A stretch of DNA of 64,000 bases from the IMG/VR virus record IMGVR_UViG_3300017730_000002, positions 45,287 to 109,286 of that record; one strand, given 5' to 3'. A model generated the notes under the pieces. That model made no database searches and was not told the origin of the DNA. It was given only the letters and a program-made list of their open reading frames with translations. The translations under genes and the position numbers were made by a program. Of the stretch, positions 8,260-15,590 are shown piece by piece. Source of the stretch: a virus. Every line of letters starts with the position of its first letter. Position 1 is the first letter of the stretch.

Positions 8260-8296
8260 ATAGCTATTATCTGCCCAAAAATTAGTATATTATTAT

Positions 8297-8551
8297 ATGG
8301 GTGAAGCTAAAACACATAAGGTTATTTTGTATAATGATGACATACTCAGTTTTGATTATGTCACAGCATGCTTGATGGAGATATGTAATCATACACCTAT
8401 TCAAGCAGAACAATGTGCCCTTACAGCACATAATAATGGTAAAGTAACTATTATTTCTGGAGATTTTGATGAAATGTACAAAGTATTAGAAACACTGACC
8501 ATGGTAAGTGTTGAAGTAGATATAGAAGCATATGAAAGCAATTTGTATTGA
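8297..8551 (+). CDS. clpS: ClpS-like N-degron protease adaptor
   Basis: HKVILYNDD..SFDYV...QAEQCALTAHNNGK matches the ClpS core signature. Confidence 0.85.
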   Translation: MGEAKTHKVILYNDDILSFDYVTACLMEICNHTPIQAEQCALTAHNNGKVTIISGDFDEMYKVLETLTMVSVEVDIEAYESNLY

Positions 8552-8873
8552 CAGTAGTAACAAGCCAGAAAACATTTCAGAATATGAATGGGTGGAAGAA
8601 GGTCGTGTATATACTATTACTGAAGTAGTAGAAATGGGTTTGCAAAACGGTAAACTAGGAATTGCCTTAGAAGAAATACAGCTTACAGATGCTTCTGCTC
8701 CTTACAAGTATTATTCTTTAGAAAGATTTTTATTAGTTCCTGAAAACTTAAGCATTAAGCTTAAAGAACTAAGTGATGAGGATATGAGAGATTGGCAAGA
8801 ATCCAGTCTTAAAACTATAGCTAAAGAAATAGATGCATATGAAGAAGATGCAGATTTGACAAATTCAATTTAA
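8532..8873 (+). CDS. Hypothetical protein (SH3-like phage family)
   Basis: MKAICID...EGRVYTITEV...ERF pattern. Confidence 0.7.
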   Translation: MKAICIDSSNKPENISEYEWVEEGRVYTITEVVEMGLQNGKLGIALEEIQLTDASAPYKYYSLERFLLVPENLSIKLKELSDEDMRDWQESSLKTIAKEIDAYEEDADLTNSI

Positions 8874-8887
8874 TTAACAAACAATTT

Positions 8888-9067
8888 ATGGGAGAAAGAA
8901 TCTTTGAGGGATCAATGATTCTGTTGGTAATATACTTTATAGTATCACAATGTATGGTATTATACTTTTGGTATTTACTTGCACAGAATCACGATTTCTT
9001 ATACACATTATTTATTGGGCCAGTTATAGCAGAGTATAAAGGTTTGCTATGGCCGTTTTTTATTTAA
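8888..9067 (+). CDS. Small membrane protein (59 aa, not in ORF track)
   Basis: MGERIFEGSMILLVIYFIVSQ...LLWPFFI; fills the gap between neighbours. Confidence 0.6.
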   Translation: MGERIFEGSMILLVIYFIVSQCMVLYFWYLLAQNHDFLYTLFIGPVIAEYKGLLWPFFI

Positions 9068-9070
9068 AAT

Positions 9071-9550
9071 ATGCAAGATTACACAGACAAAGATGTACTA
9101 CTAGCTCTTAAAAAAGTTATTCCTAGAGTTAGAACAAGAAAAAGAAGTTATTTAGATAAACGTAATTATCTAATATCTATATTGTATTATAAGTTTGAAT
9201 ATACTGAGGAGAAGATCTCTAGTATGTTTAAGCTCACATGTGATCCTATGGACAGATCATCAGTATCACATGCTAAAAAACAACCAGGGAACTTTTCTAA
9301 AAATGAAGATGTAAAGTTTTTAATTCATACAGAAGAGCTTGTAAAAGAGTTTCCGTTTAATGTTCCTGAAGTAATTACAGAGGGTATAGAAAAGAATTTA
9401 TATATACCCATGAGTTTAAAACAACATAGACGTATTACAACTTATTGTGAAAAGCATAACTATAGACAGAATCAAGCTATTAGAAAATTGCTAGACAGTG
9501 CTCTTAAAATTGATGAAAGTGATTATACAGTAAGATTAGTAAAAGAATAG
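9071..9550 (+). CDS. DNA-binding protein: DnaA domain-IV-like HTH plus C-terminal ribbon-helix-helix
   Basis: RKRSYLDKRNYLISIL...EKISSMF...DRSSVSHAKK resembles DnaA_C; LYIPMS..HRRITTYC...NQAIRKLLDSAL resembles RHH. Confidence 0.55.
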   Translation: MQDYTDKDVLLALKKVIPRVRTRKRSYLDKRNYLISILYYKFEYTEEKISSMFKLTCDPMDRSSVSHAKKQPGNFSKNEDVKFLIHTEELVKEFPFNVPEVITEGIEKNLYIPMSLKQHRRITTYCEKHNYRQNQAIRKLLDSALKIDESDYTVRLVKE

Positions 9551-9552
9551 TT

Positions 9553-9768
9553 ATGGGACATATGAAAAATTTATACATAGATATATGTAATGCAAATGAT
9601 GGTGTTCTTCCAAAAGAACTTACCATAGAAGATGCAAATAGAATGCATGAGTGGAAAATATTTAATTGGACAGAGTATGTACAGAAATTTGATAAGGAAA
9701 TTAAAGACAAGAAATTTGACATCATCACTGATACGCGAGAAAATAAGAAAGAAGAAGAATTATTCTAG
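9553..9768 (+). CDS. Hypothetical protein
   Basis: 71-aa ORF MGHMKNLYIDI... Confidence 0.7.
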   Translation: MGHMKNLYIDICNANDGVLPKELTIEDANRMHEWKIFNWTEYVQKFDKEIKDKKFDIITDTRENKKEEELF

Positions 9769-9776
9769 AGTAAACA

Positions 9777-10619
9777 ATGAGTGCGGAAATTAAGCATCAA
9801 AATACTAAAACCCTAGTTACCAAAGACAATAATAATAGTGCAAATTGCATAGCTCCTAACCTAGTATATGGTTGTTTTGGAGGCTGTGTAGATACCTATT
9901 GTTATATGTCCAGGTATAATGGTCATAGAGTATTTGTAAATGAGAATGTAGATGATATATTTAACTCTGTTGTAGAGTGGGAGAAAGGTTTTACCAAGGT
10001 CCCTGATCAGCAGGATCCAATATATACCATGGTAGATGTTGCATGTAATACTGATTTAGTGCTAATGCAGCGTTATTTACCTGAACCATTGATAGATTAT
10101 CTCAAAAGATATGATAATCACCCTACCTTGAATTCAACTATGGCAACTAAGTATCCTAGTTTGTTGAAACTTGACGTCAAAAAGTTCAACAAAAAACCAA
10201 GGGTAAGAGTTAGTCTTATGCCACAAAGGTTTGCAGACGTGTTGGAGCCTAAGATGCAAAAGGTTGCAAGAAGGATTCCTGAGATCAATAGACTTAAAGA
10301 CCTTGGGTGGGAAGTGCACGTTAACTATAGTCCTCTTGTTTTCTACAAGAAATGGAAAGAAGACTACAGTGAGTTGTTTAAGATGGTAAAGGATGCAGCA
10401 GGAGTAAATAAATGTGAGGTAATTGCATTAACTAATCATGCTAATCAAATGGCAAGGTCTTCTGATGCGGCCAGAGAATTAATGAGCCTTAGCTATGAAG
10501 TAAAAAATAGCTCAGGTGTTATGAGGTATCCTTTGAAACATAAAACAAGGTTACTTGAGGAGTTTAAAGAACTATACTCACAGTACTTTGATTTAGACAC
10601 AATAAGGTATATTTTCTAA
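9777..10619 (+). CDS. Spore photoproduct lyase-like radical SAM protein
   Basis: GCFGGCVDTYCY cluster motif; DVACNTD, RVSLMP, EP and HVNYSP segments colinear with the SplB family. Confidence 0.8.
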   Translation: MSAEIKHQNTKTLVTKDNNNSANCIAPNLVYGCFGGCVDTYCYMSRYNGHRVFVNENVDDIFNSVVEWEKGFTKVPDQQDPIYTMVDVACNTDLVLMQRYLPEPLIDYLKRYDNHPTLNSTMATKYPSLLKLDVKKFNKKPRVRVSLMPQRFADVLEPKMQKVARRIPEINRLKDLGWEVHVNYSPLVFYKKWKEDYSELFKMVKDAAGVNKCEVIALTNHANQMARSSDAARELMSLSYEVKNSSGVMRYPLKHKTRLLEEFKELYSQYFDLDTIRYIF

Positions 10620-10643
10620 GTTTATTAAGTTTATTAAGTTTAT
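10617..10643 (+). repeat. Tandem repeat (TAAGTTTAT)x3
   Basis: Three perfect 9-bp copies starting at the stop codon of the lyase gene. Confidence 0.9.
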
Positions 10644-10763
10644 TAGTGCTGCTGATGTACACAGTTCTGGATTAGGTCGTGATAAGATATACGTAATGTG
10701 AATCCTAGTAGCTCAAAATACCTGAAATATAGGTGGCGGGGCCTAAAGTTAAAGCACTAATAA
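10640..10763 (+). ncRNA. Candidate structured RNA directly upstream of the tRNA
   Basis: Perfect 11-bp closing stem TTATTAGTGCT/AGCACTAATAA enclosing three hairpins. Confidence 0.5.
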
Positions 10764-10766
10764 TTT

Positions 10767-10840
10767 GCACCCATAGCTCAGATGGATAGAGCAACTGCCT
10801 TCTAAGCAGTAGGTCTTAGGTTCGACTCCTAATGGGTGTA
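10767..10840 (+). tRNA. tRNA-Arg (anticodon UCU)
   Basis: Cloverleaf: GCACCCA/TGGGTGT acceptor, GCTC/GAGC D-arm, ACTGC-CTTCTAA-GCAGT anticodon arm, TTAGG-TTCGACT-CCTAA T-arm; CCA not encoded. Confidence 0.96.
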
Positions 10841-10842
10841 CT

Positions 10843-11126
10843 AAGGGTGTTACTCCACAACGGCAATGTTATGTTAAGGTCTAGGAAGTGTAGTAGAGGT
10901 GAGCTTGAAAACGTAACAGTTACAAGTTGAATTCTCTTGTTCAAGCATGGAGACAGATGAGCAACCCGCGGGGGAAATGGAGGCAAAGTGTATTGACCTA
11001 TTTGGTAATAGAATAGGCATAGAGCCGAATACACAGTATTATACTAACATGGAAGTAAACGTCTATGGAAAAAGATTTGTGAAAGCAACTAGGTGGAGGT
11101 AAGTGCTCTAGTATAATACTACCCTT
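10843..11126 (+). ncRNA. Candidate structured ncRNA (about 285 nt) directly downstream of the tRNA
   Basis: AAGGGT/ACCCTT closing stem plus T run; GCTTGAA/TTCAAGC, GTGTATT/AATACAC with inner CCTATT/AATAGG, 12-bp AGTATTATACTA/TAGTATAATACT, TTGT-GAAA-GCAA. Confidence 0.55.
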
Positions 11127-11139
11127 TTTATTAATTTTT

Positions 11140-11274
11140 ATGAGTATGAATGAAGCATATGATTTACTGAGAGATTTAGAAATATTAATTCGTGATGGTA
11201 AAGACATCAAGAAACAATTAATACTTATTGCAAGTATTAGAATATTAATGAAAGAAGCTGAAAATGGGAACTAA
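11140..11274 (+). CDS. Small hypothetical protein (44 aa, not in ORF track)
   Basis: MSMNEAYDLLRDLEILIRDGK... Confidence 0.5.
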   Translation: MSMNEAYDLLRDLEILIRDGKDIKKQLILIASIRILMKEAENGN

Positions 11275-11354
11275 TATAGCAGATTGGATGGAGCATTGGG
11301 ATCATTTTGATAGAGATTTGTATATAGCTTATCTTATAGCAAAACAAAATAAAG

Positions 11355-11507
11355 ATGAGTAAGTCAAGGTATAAAATGCCATGGGGTAAATATAAAGGAA
11401 AGTCATTAAGTGATATACCTTTTAATTACCTAAGATGGTTATCTGAACAAGATTATAGCCCAAAACAAGTGAAAGCTTGGGTAAAAAGACATAAAGATTT
11501 TATTTAA
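11355..11507 (+). CDS. DUF3820/QSregVF_b-like small protein (50 aa, not in ORF track)
   Basis: MPWGKYKGKSLSDIPFNYLRWL matches the MPFGKYKG..I..IP..YL.W family signature. Confidence 0.8.
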   Translation: MSKSRYKMPWGKYKGKSLSDIPFNYLRWLSEQDYSPKQVKAWVKRHKDFI

Positions 11508-11527
11508 TAAATTAAAAACCAAAAAAG

Positions 11528-11722
11528 ATGGCAATAGACAATGAAACTTTTGAACATTTTAGAGAACTAAAAAGAAAAAAAGAAGAAGCTGAAAATAAAA
11601 CAATACTTCAAGAAGTTATTCAATTTTTAATTGATAATGAACAATATGGAGATGATTGGAAAAAACATATTGATCTTCTTCAAAAAATTAGTGATAAAAT
11701 AAAAATTGCAGAAAATGATTAG
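11528..11722 (+). CDS. Hypothetical protein
   Basis: 64-aa ORF. Confidence 0.65.
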   Translation: MAIDNETFEHFRELKRKKEEAENKTILQEVIQFLIDNEQYGDDWKKHIDLLQKISDKIKIAEND

Positions 11723-12026
11723 AATATTATTAGCAGCACTCTTATTAGTAGGGTGTGGTAAAAAACTAGATCTTGTAGAAAAACGAGATGCTGTATGGGA
11801 CAAAGCAGAAATGATTGATGTCAAATGTTACAAGAGTGACACTGATCCAAGGTATTTACAAACCTTTGAGATGAATGGATACAAGTTTGTAATATATACT
11901 AATGGACGTGGTAGTGCTATGCAAGCAATACCTTTAAATAATAATGCAGAATATATCCGCATGTTAGAAGAAGAGAATCAATTGCTAGGAGAAACATTAG
12001 CAGAATACTCTTTAAATTATGAATAA
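11715..12026 (+). CDS. Lipoprotein
   Basis: MIRILLAALLLVGC lipobox; ATG at 11715 preferred over TTG at 11706. Confidence 0.75.
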   Translation: MIRILLAALLLVGCGKKLDLVEKRDAVWDKAEMIDVKCYKSDTDPRYLQTFEMNGYKFVIYTNGRGSAMQAIPLNNNAEYIRMLEEENQLLGETLAEYSLNYE

Positions 12027-12150
12027 GCCTTGTTATAGATGCCATGTAGTAAAAGACACCTCTGAGATGGAAGAGATTGGAGTGTGGATATGTAAAGATT
12101 GCCTAGGGGAATCTGAAAGTAAAAACAAAAAGAAAAAAAGTAAATTATGA
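12019..12150 (+). CDS. Small zinc-finger protein (43 aa, not in ORF track)
   Basis: MNKPCYRC...WICKDC followed by a basic tail; overlaps both neighbours. Confidence 0.65.
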   Translation: MNKPCYRCHVVKDTSEMEEIGVWICKDCLGESESKNKKKKSKL

Positions 12151-12848
12151 GTAAAGCAGAATTAGAATCAGTAAGTGTAAATACTAATGCACAATTAGAG
12201 TTAAAAGTAACTAAGGAAGATGTATTAAATGTATTATTGGAAAAGAAAGAAAATGAGCTTGTTGAAGCTATAGAAAAGTTGACTGTTATAAAAGATGAGA
12301 ATGAAAAGAACTCAAAACAAGTAATGGAAGATTTTATATTGTCAATAGTAAATAAAGAATTTACAGAATGCGAACATTATTATGCTAAGGACCTTAGAAG
12401 CCGTGTTAGATATGCTTGGGAACATCTAACTGTTTATGACTTTAATGGATATGATGTTTATGATATCGTACAATTAAATACTGTAAAGAATCCTTCAAGA
12501 GTAAAACAGAAAAAAGTACATACTTCAACTTATACTTATAAAGTAAATATGAGAGGTGATAATACTTTTGCATATCATTTAATAAAAGAGGTAGAAGATT
12601 TAAATGGATGGGAAGGTACACTTAATAAAAGAGTAGAGCAAAAACTAACAAAAGATCAAATAAAAGATCTTAAGATAGCAATTAAAAAAATAAATGCTTT
12701 TAATGAAGCTTATAAGAATGATCATATAGCTTTAGCTACTCTTGAGTATGAGTTATTGACTTTAGATACCAACCGTGCATTTAGAAATAAACTTACTAAG
12801 ACTATTATTGCTAATGCAGATTTAACACAACTTTTATTAGACGCATAA
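12147..12848 (+). CDS. Hypothetical coiled-coil protein
   Basis: 233-aa ORF. Confidence 0.75.
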   Translation: MSKAELESVSVNTNAQLELKVTKEDVLNVLLEKKENELVEAIEKLTVIKDENEKNSKQVMEDFILSIVNKEFTECEHYYAKDLRSRVRYAWEHLTVYDFNGYDVYDIVQLNTVKNPSRVKQKKVHTSTYTYKVNMRGDNTFAYHLIKEVEDLNGWEGTLNKRVEQKLTKDQIKDLKIAIKKINAFNEAYKNDHIALATLEYELLTLDTNRAFRNKLTKTIIANADLTQLLLDA

Positions 12849-12849
12849 T

Positions 12850-13032
12850 ATGAAAGGATTAGTAATTAATACATATTGGTTAGGAGCTCTTATAACTTAC
12901 CTAGGCTGTATATTTTTCTTGACTTCATTAGATGTTATTGTATCTATGATTGGATGGTTTATTATACCCCAGGTATTTAAGTTTAGGGTAAATGAAGAAA
13001 TAAAAGATTTAGATGACAAAGCAGTGGACTGA
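12850..13032 (+). CDS. Small membrane protein
   Basis: Hydrophobic N-terminal 40 aa. Confidence 0.6.
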   Translation: MKGLVINTYWLGALITYLGCIFFLTSLDVIVSMIGWFIIPQVFKFRVNEEIKDLDDKAVD

Positions 13033-13342
13033 TAAAAACATGCTTGAATTTGCAAGAATTGCATCTGGAGGATCCTATGGGGATTACAAAGGATGCAAGT
13101 CTTTGCAATCAAAGCTAGAAAGATATGAACTTATGAATAAAACAAAAAAAGTAAGAGTACTAGTAGATGTATATTATAGCAGAAGTACAGAGTTTGAAAT
13201 GAATGCTCCTATTGATGCTGGAGAAGAAGAAGTTATAGAGTATGTAGAGGATCATTTCTTTGAGAATATGCCAGATATGGCTAATATAACTTTGCACGAA
13301 GATGAAGTAAAACACCAAGTAATATCAATAGAAGATGAGTAA
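13013..13342 (+). CDS. Hypothetical protein
   Basis: 109-aa ORF. Confidence 0.7.
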   Translation: MTKQWTDKNMLEFARIASGGSYGDYKGCKSLQSKLERYELMNKTKKVRVLVDVYYSRSTEFEMNAPIDAGEEEVIEYVEDHFFENMPDMANITLHEDEVKHQVISIEDE

Positions 13343-13544
13343 AGATTTAAATAAACACAGACAAGTAAAAAGTGTAGATAGTAATAGTATTATCACAAAG
13401 AAAGCTGATAGGGTTTTACCTGTAAAGTTAAGATCAAGATTTGATATGATATTTGAGATAATAGATATAGAAAAGAAGTATCCAAATGATGCTGACTTAG
13501 GTAAACACCTTAGACAAGAAATATTATCATGGAAAGACGAATAA
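13335..13544 (+). CDS. Hypothetical protein
   Basis: 69-aa ORF with KYPNDADLG motif. Confidence 0.7.
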   Translation: MSKDLNKHRQVKSVDSNSIITKKADRVLPVKLRSRFDMIFEIIDIEKKYPNDADLGKHLRQEILSWKDE

Positions 13545-13951
13545 AGAATCTAGGTAAGAAAATATTGGATGAGCACTATAAAATAACTAGTAATCCTGAA
13601 GCTAAGAATTCAAACATAATGTGGATGATGTATTTAAATAAAGCTAATACATCTAAAGCAGGAATGATTAAGCCATGGATGTTTTTAGCTGAAGCGCATC
13701 TTTTGATGTATTTGGGCTATATGGATAAGTATGCTGTGGAAAATCTAGTTAATCTTATAAAGTCTCCAGATAAAGATAACTTATTTGTGGCTTCTCAAGT
13801 AATTAAGTTTTATAGAAACTTAAGAATAAAAGAACTTGGGGAGTTTGACAAAAAGAAATCTAAGTATAGAGAAGTTATACGTGACTATGATACTAAGATT
13901 TTAAATATGGATTTGTGGAAACAATACAAAAAATTAAAAGCAGATGACTGA
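13529..13951 (+). CDS. Hypothetical protein carrying the shared NL..[ML].[KR]S.D.DN...A motif
   Basis: ENLVNLIKSPDKDNLFVASQVI. Confidence 0.7.
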   Translation: MERRIKNLGKKILDEHYKITSNPEAKNSNIMWMMYLNKANTSKAGMIKPWMFLAEAHLLMYLGYMDKYAVENLVNLIKSPDKDNLFVASQVIKFYRNLRIKELGEFDKKKSKYREVIRDYDTKILNMDLWKQYKKLKADD

Positions 13952-14222
13952 GAAAGAACTAATGGACCTAGATTTTGAGAAAGTTATGGTATATGATGAA
14001 GAAAGTGATAATGGTTATGATTATCATTACTTTCGTAAACAAATTGGTGGTAGCATGTTTTTAGCCGCTGATACACTTAATAAAGAAGGAGAGCTACGTG
14101 TTAACATAGATGATCCTGGATTGGTAATAAGAGATATAAACCTTGTAAAAGAATTAATAAATGTTTTCAGCAAAATTGAAGATGCAGAACGGGAAGTTAG
14201 TGTATCCAAAGAAAATGGATAA
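13944..14222 (+). CDS. Hypothetical protein
   Basis: 92-aa ORF MTEKELMDLDFEKV...GYDYHYF. Confidence 0.7.
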   Translation: MTEKELMDLDFEKVMVYDEESDNGYDYHYFRKQIGGSMFLAADTLNKEGELRVNIDDPGLVIRDINLVKELINVFSKIEDAEREVSVSKENG

Positions 14223-14523
14223 GCTTGCTTTCAAGTTATTTACTGAAAAACTTTCTGAAGGACAAGAGGTAGACATTTTTATGTCTATCTCTGATGCTGA
14301 GGGAAGTGGTGCACAGATATCAAAAGTGCATGCTTGTATACGAGAATTGGCCAAGGAAAGTGGCTATAGCTTTGATGATATGAAAAAGCTAGTAAAAGAA
14401 AAAGCAGGGTTACTTATAGTCAATGATTATAAATCTTTTGCTGAATGTGATAAAAGTGAATTAAATTTAGCTATTCAAGCTTGTATAGAAATAGGTGAGT
14501 TCTATAATGTTAATCTTCATTAG
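14161..14523 (+). CDS. NinB/Orf-like recombination protein
   Basis: S.AQISKVHACIRELAKESGYSFDDMK..VK...KSFAECDKSEL...IQAC pattern resembles the NinB family. Confidence 0.6.
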   Translation: MFSAKLKMQNGKLVYPKKMDKLAFKLFTEKLSEGQEVDIFMSISDAEGSGAQISKVHACIRELAKESGYSFDDMKKLVKEKAGLLIVNDYKSFAECDKSELNLAIQACIEIGEFYNVNLH

Positions 14524-14845
14524 ATTTATTTATATCTTTTATAGCTTTTTTTAATGTATTAGGATCAATATCTTTTTCAATAAACATATTATTTTCTAAA
14601 GCTTGTTTTTCAATTTCACCTATGAGCAAAGTAAGAGTATAAAAGGTTCTTTCTTTATCATTTAGATCAGCATAAGATTTTGATGTTAGATTTTTAATAA
14701 AATTTTCAGCATTACCTTTAGGTGAGTTATTGATATCTTTAAAAGATGTAATTAAAGCTGACTTTACCATCATGTAAAAAGTTTTGTTTACATCAATATG
14801 CATTATTGCATCATCCTTTAATTCTTTTACTTTAGTAGACTCCAT
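14510..14845 (-). CDS. Hypothetical protein, lone antisense gene in the + arm
   Basis: Start reassigned to MESTKVK (14845); own TATATTTG box just upstream. Confidence 0.75.
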   Translation of the reverse strand: MESTKVKELKDDAIMHIDVNKTFYMMVKSALITSFKDINNSPKGNAENFIKNLTSKSYADLNDKERTFYTLTLLIGEIEKQALENNMFIEKDIDPNTLKKAIKDINKSNED

Positions 14846-14859
14846 AATATTAATTTTAC

Positions 14860-14867
14860 CAAATATA
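14860..14867 (-). promoter_or_regulatory. Bacteroidota-type sigma -7 promoter box (TAnnTTTG)
   Basis: TATATTTG on the - strand about 15 nt upstream of the 14845 start. Confidence 0.55.
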
Positions 14868-14875
14868 AAAAATAT

Positions 14876-15589
14876 ATGACACAAACAATAGATATAGAAG
14901 ATATTAAACAAAAAATATTTAAAAAATTAGAACCATCAGGTTGGGCTAGACCGCTTAAATCTTTTATATTTAGTTCTGATTTTGAGGATATAATTAAACA
15001 ACTAGTAACGCTATCTAAAGATGGTAAAAGATTCACTCCTAAATTAAGTCAGTTGTTTAGAGCATTTGAAGAATGTCCTTATGATGAACTTAAGGTAATT
15101 ATGGTAGGTCAAGACCCATACCCTAAGTTAGGAGTAGCAGATGGTATTGCATTTAGTTGTAGTAATACAATGGAGCAGCAACCAAGTTTAAGATTTATTT
15201 TAAATGAGGTTAACAGAACTGTATATGATGGTGTAGGTCAATCACATGATCCAGACCTTACACGGTGGGCTAATCAAGGTATATTGATGCTAAATACTGC
15301 ACTTACAACTACTGTAGGTAAAGTAGGGCAACATTATCCCATATGGAAACCTTTTTTAGCTTATTTATTTGATCATTTAACATTTGGTCACACAGGTTTA
15401 GTATATATTTACATGGGTAAGCAAGCTCATGAATGGAAAGATACTGTACATGATATGAATTATAAGTTCCTTGTTAGCCATCCAGCAAGTGCTGTATACA
15501 ATAAAGGCCAGACTTGGGATTCTAAAAATGTATTTGTAGATGTTCAAAAGATTTTAAAAGATAATATGAATTTTTCAGTAACTTGGTAG
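14876..15589 (+). CDS. ung: Uracil-DNA glycosylase (family 1)
   Basis: GQDPYP, ADGIAFS, PSL, WANQGILMLN and HPAS motifs. Confidence 0.95.
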   Translation: MTQTIDIEDIKQKIFKKLEPSGWARPLKSFIFSSDFEDIIKQLVTLSKDGKRFTPKLSQLFRAFEECPYDELKVIMVGQDPYPKLGVADGIAFSCSNTMEQQPSLRFILNEVNRTVYDGVGQSHDPDLTRWANQGILMLNTALTTTVGKVGQHYPIWKPFLAYLFDHLTFGHTGLVYIYMGKQAHEWKDTVHDMNYKFLVSHPASAVYNKGQTWDSKNVFVDVQKILKDNMNFSVTW

Positions 15590-15590
15590 T

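Noticed and set aside
10651-10730. Hammerhead ribozyme (CTGATG...GAAA)
   Set aside because: Core reads CTGATGT rather than CTGANGA and the stems do not give hammerhead topology
10841-10900. Theta (HDV-like) ribozyme after the tRNA
   Set aside because: I could not build the P1/P1.1/P2/P3 nested double pseudoknot by hand; left as an unclassified ncRNA
10816-11210. Minus-strand ORFs 10816-11034 and 10998-11210
   Set aside because: Antisense to the tRNA and structured RNA, with atypical composition
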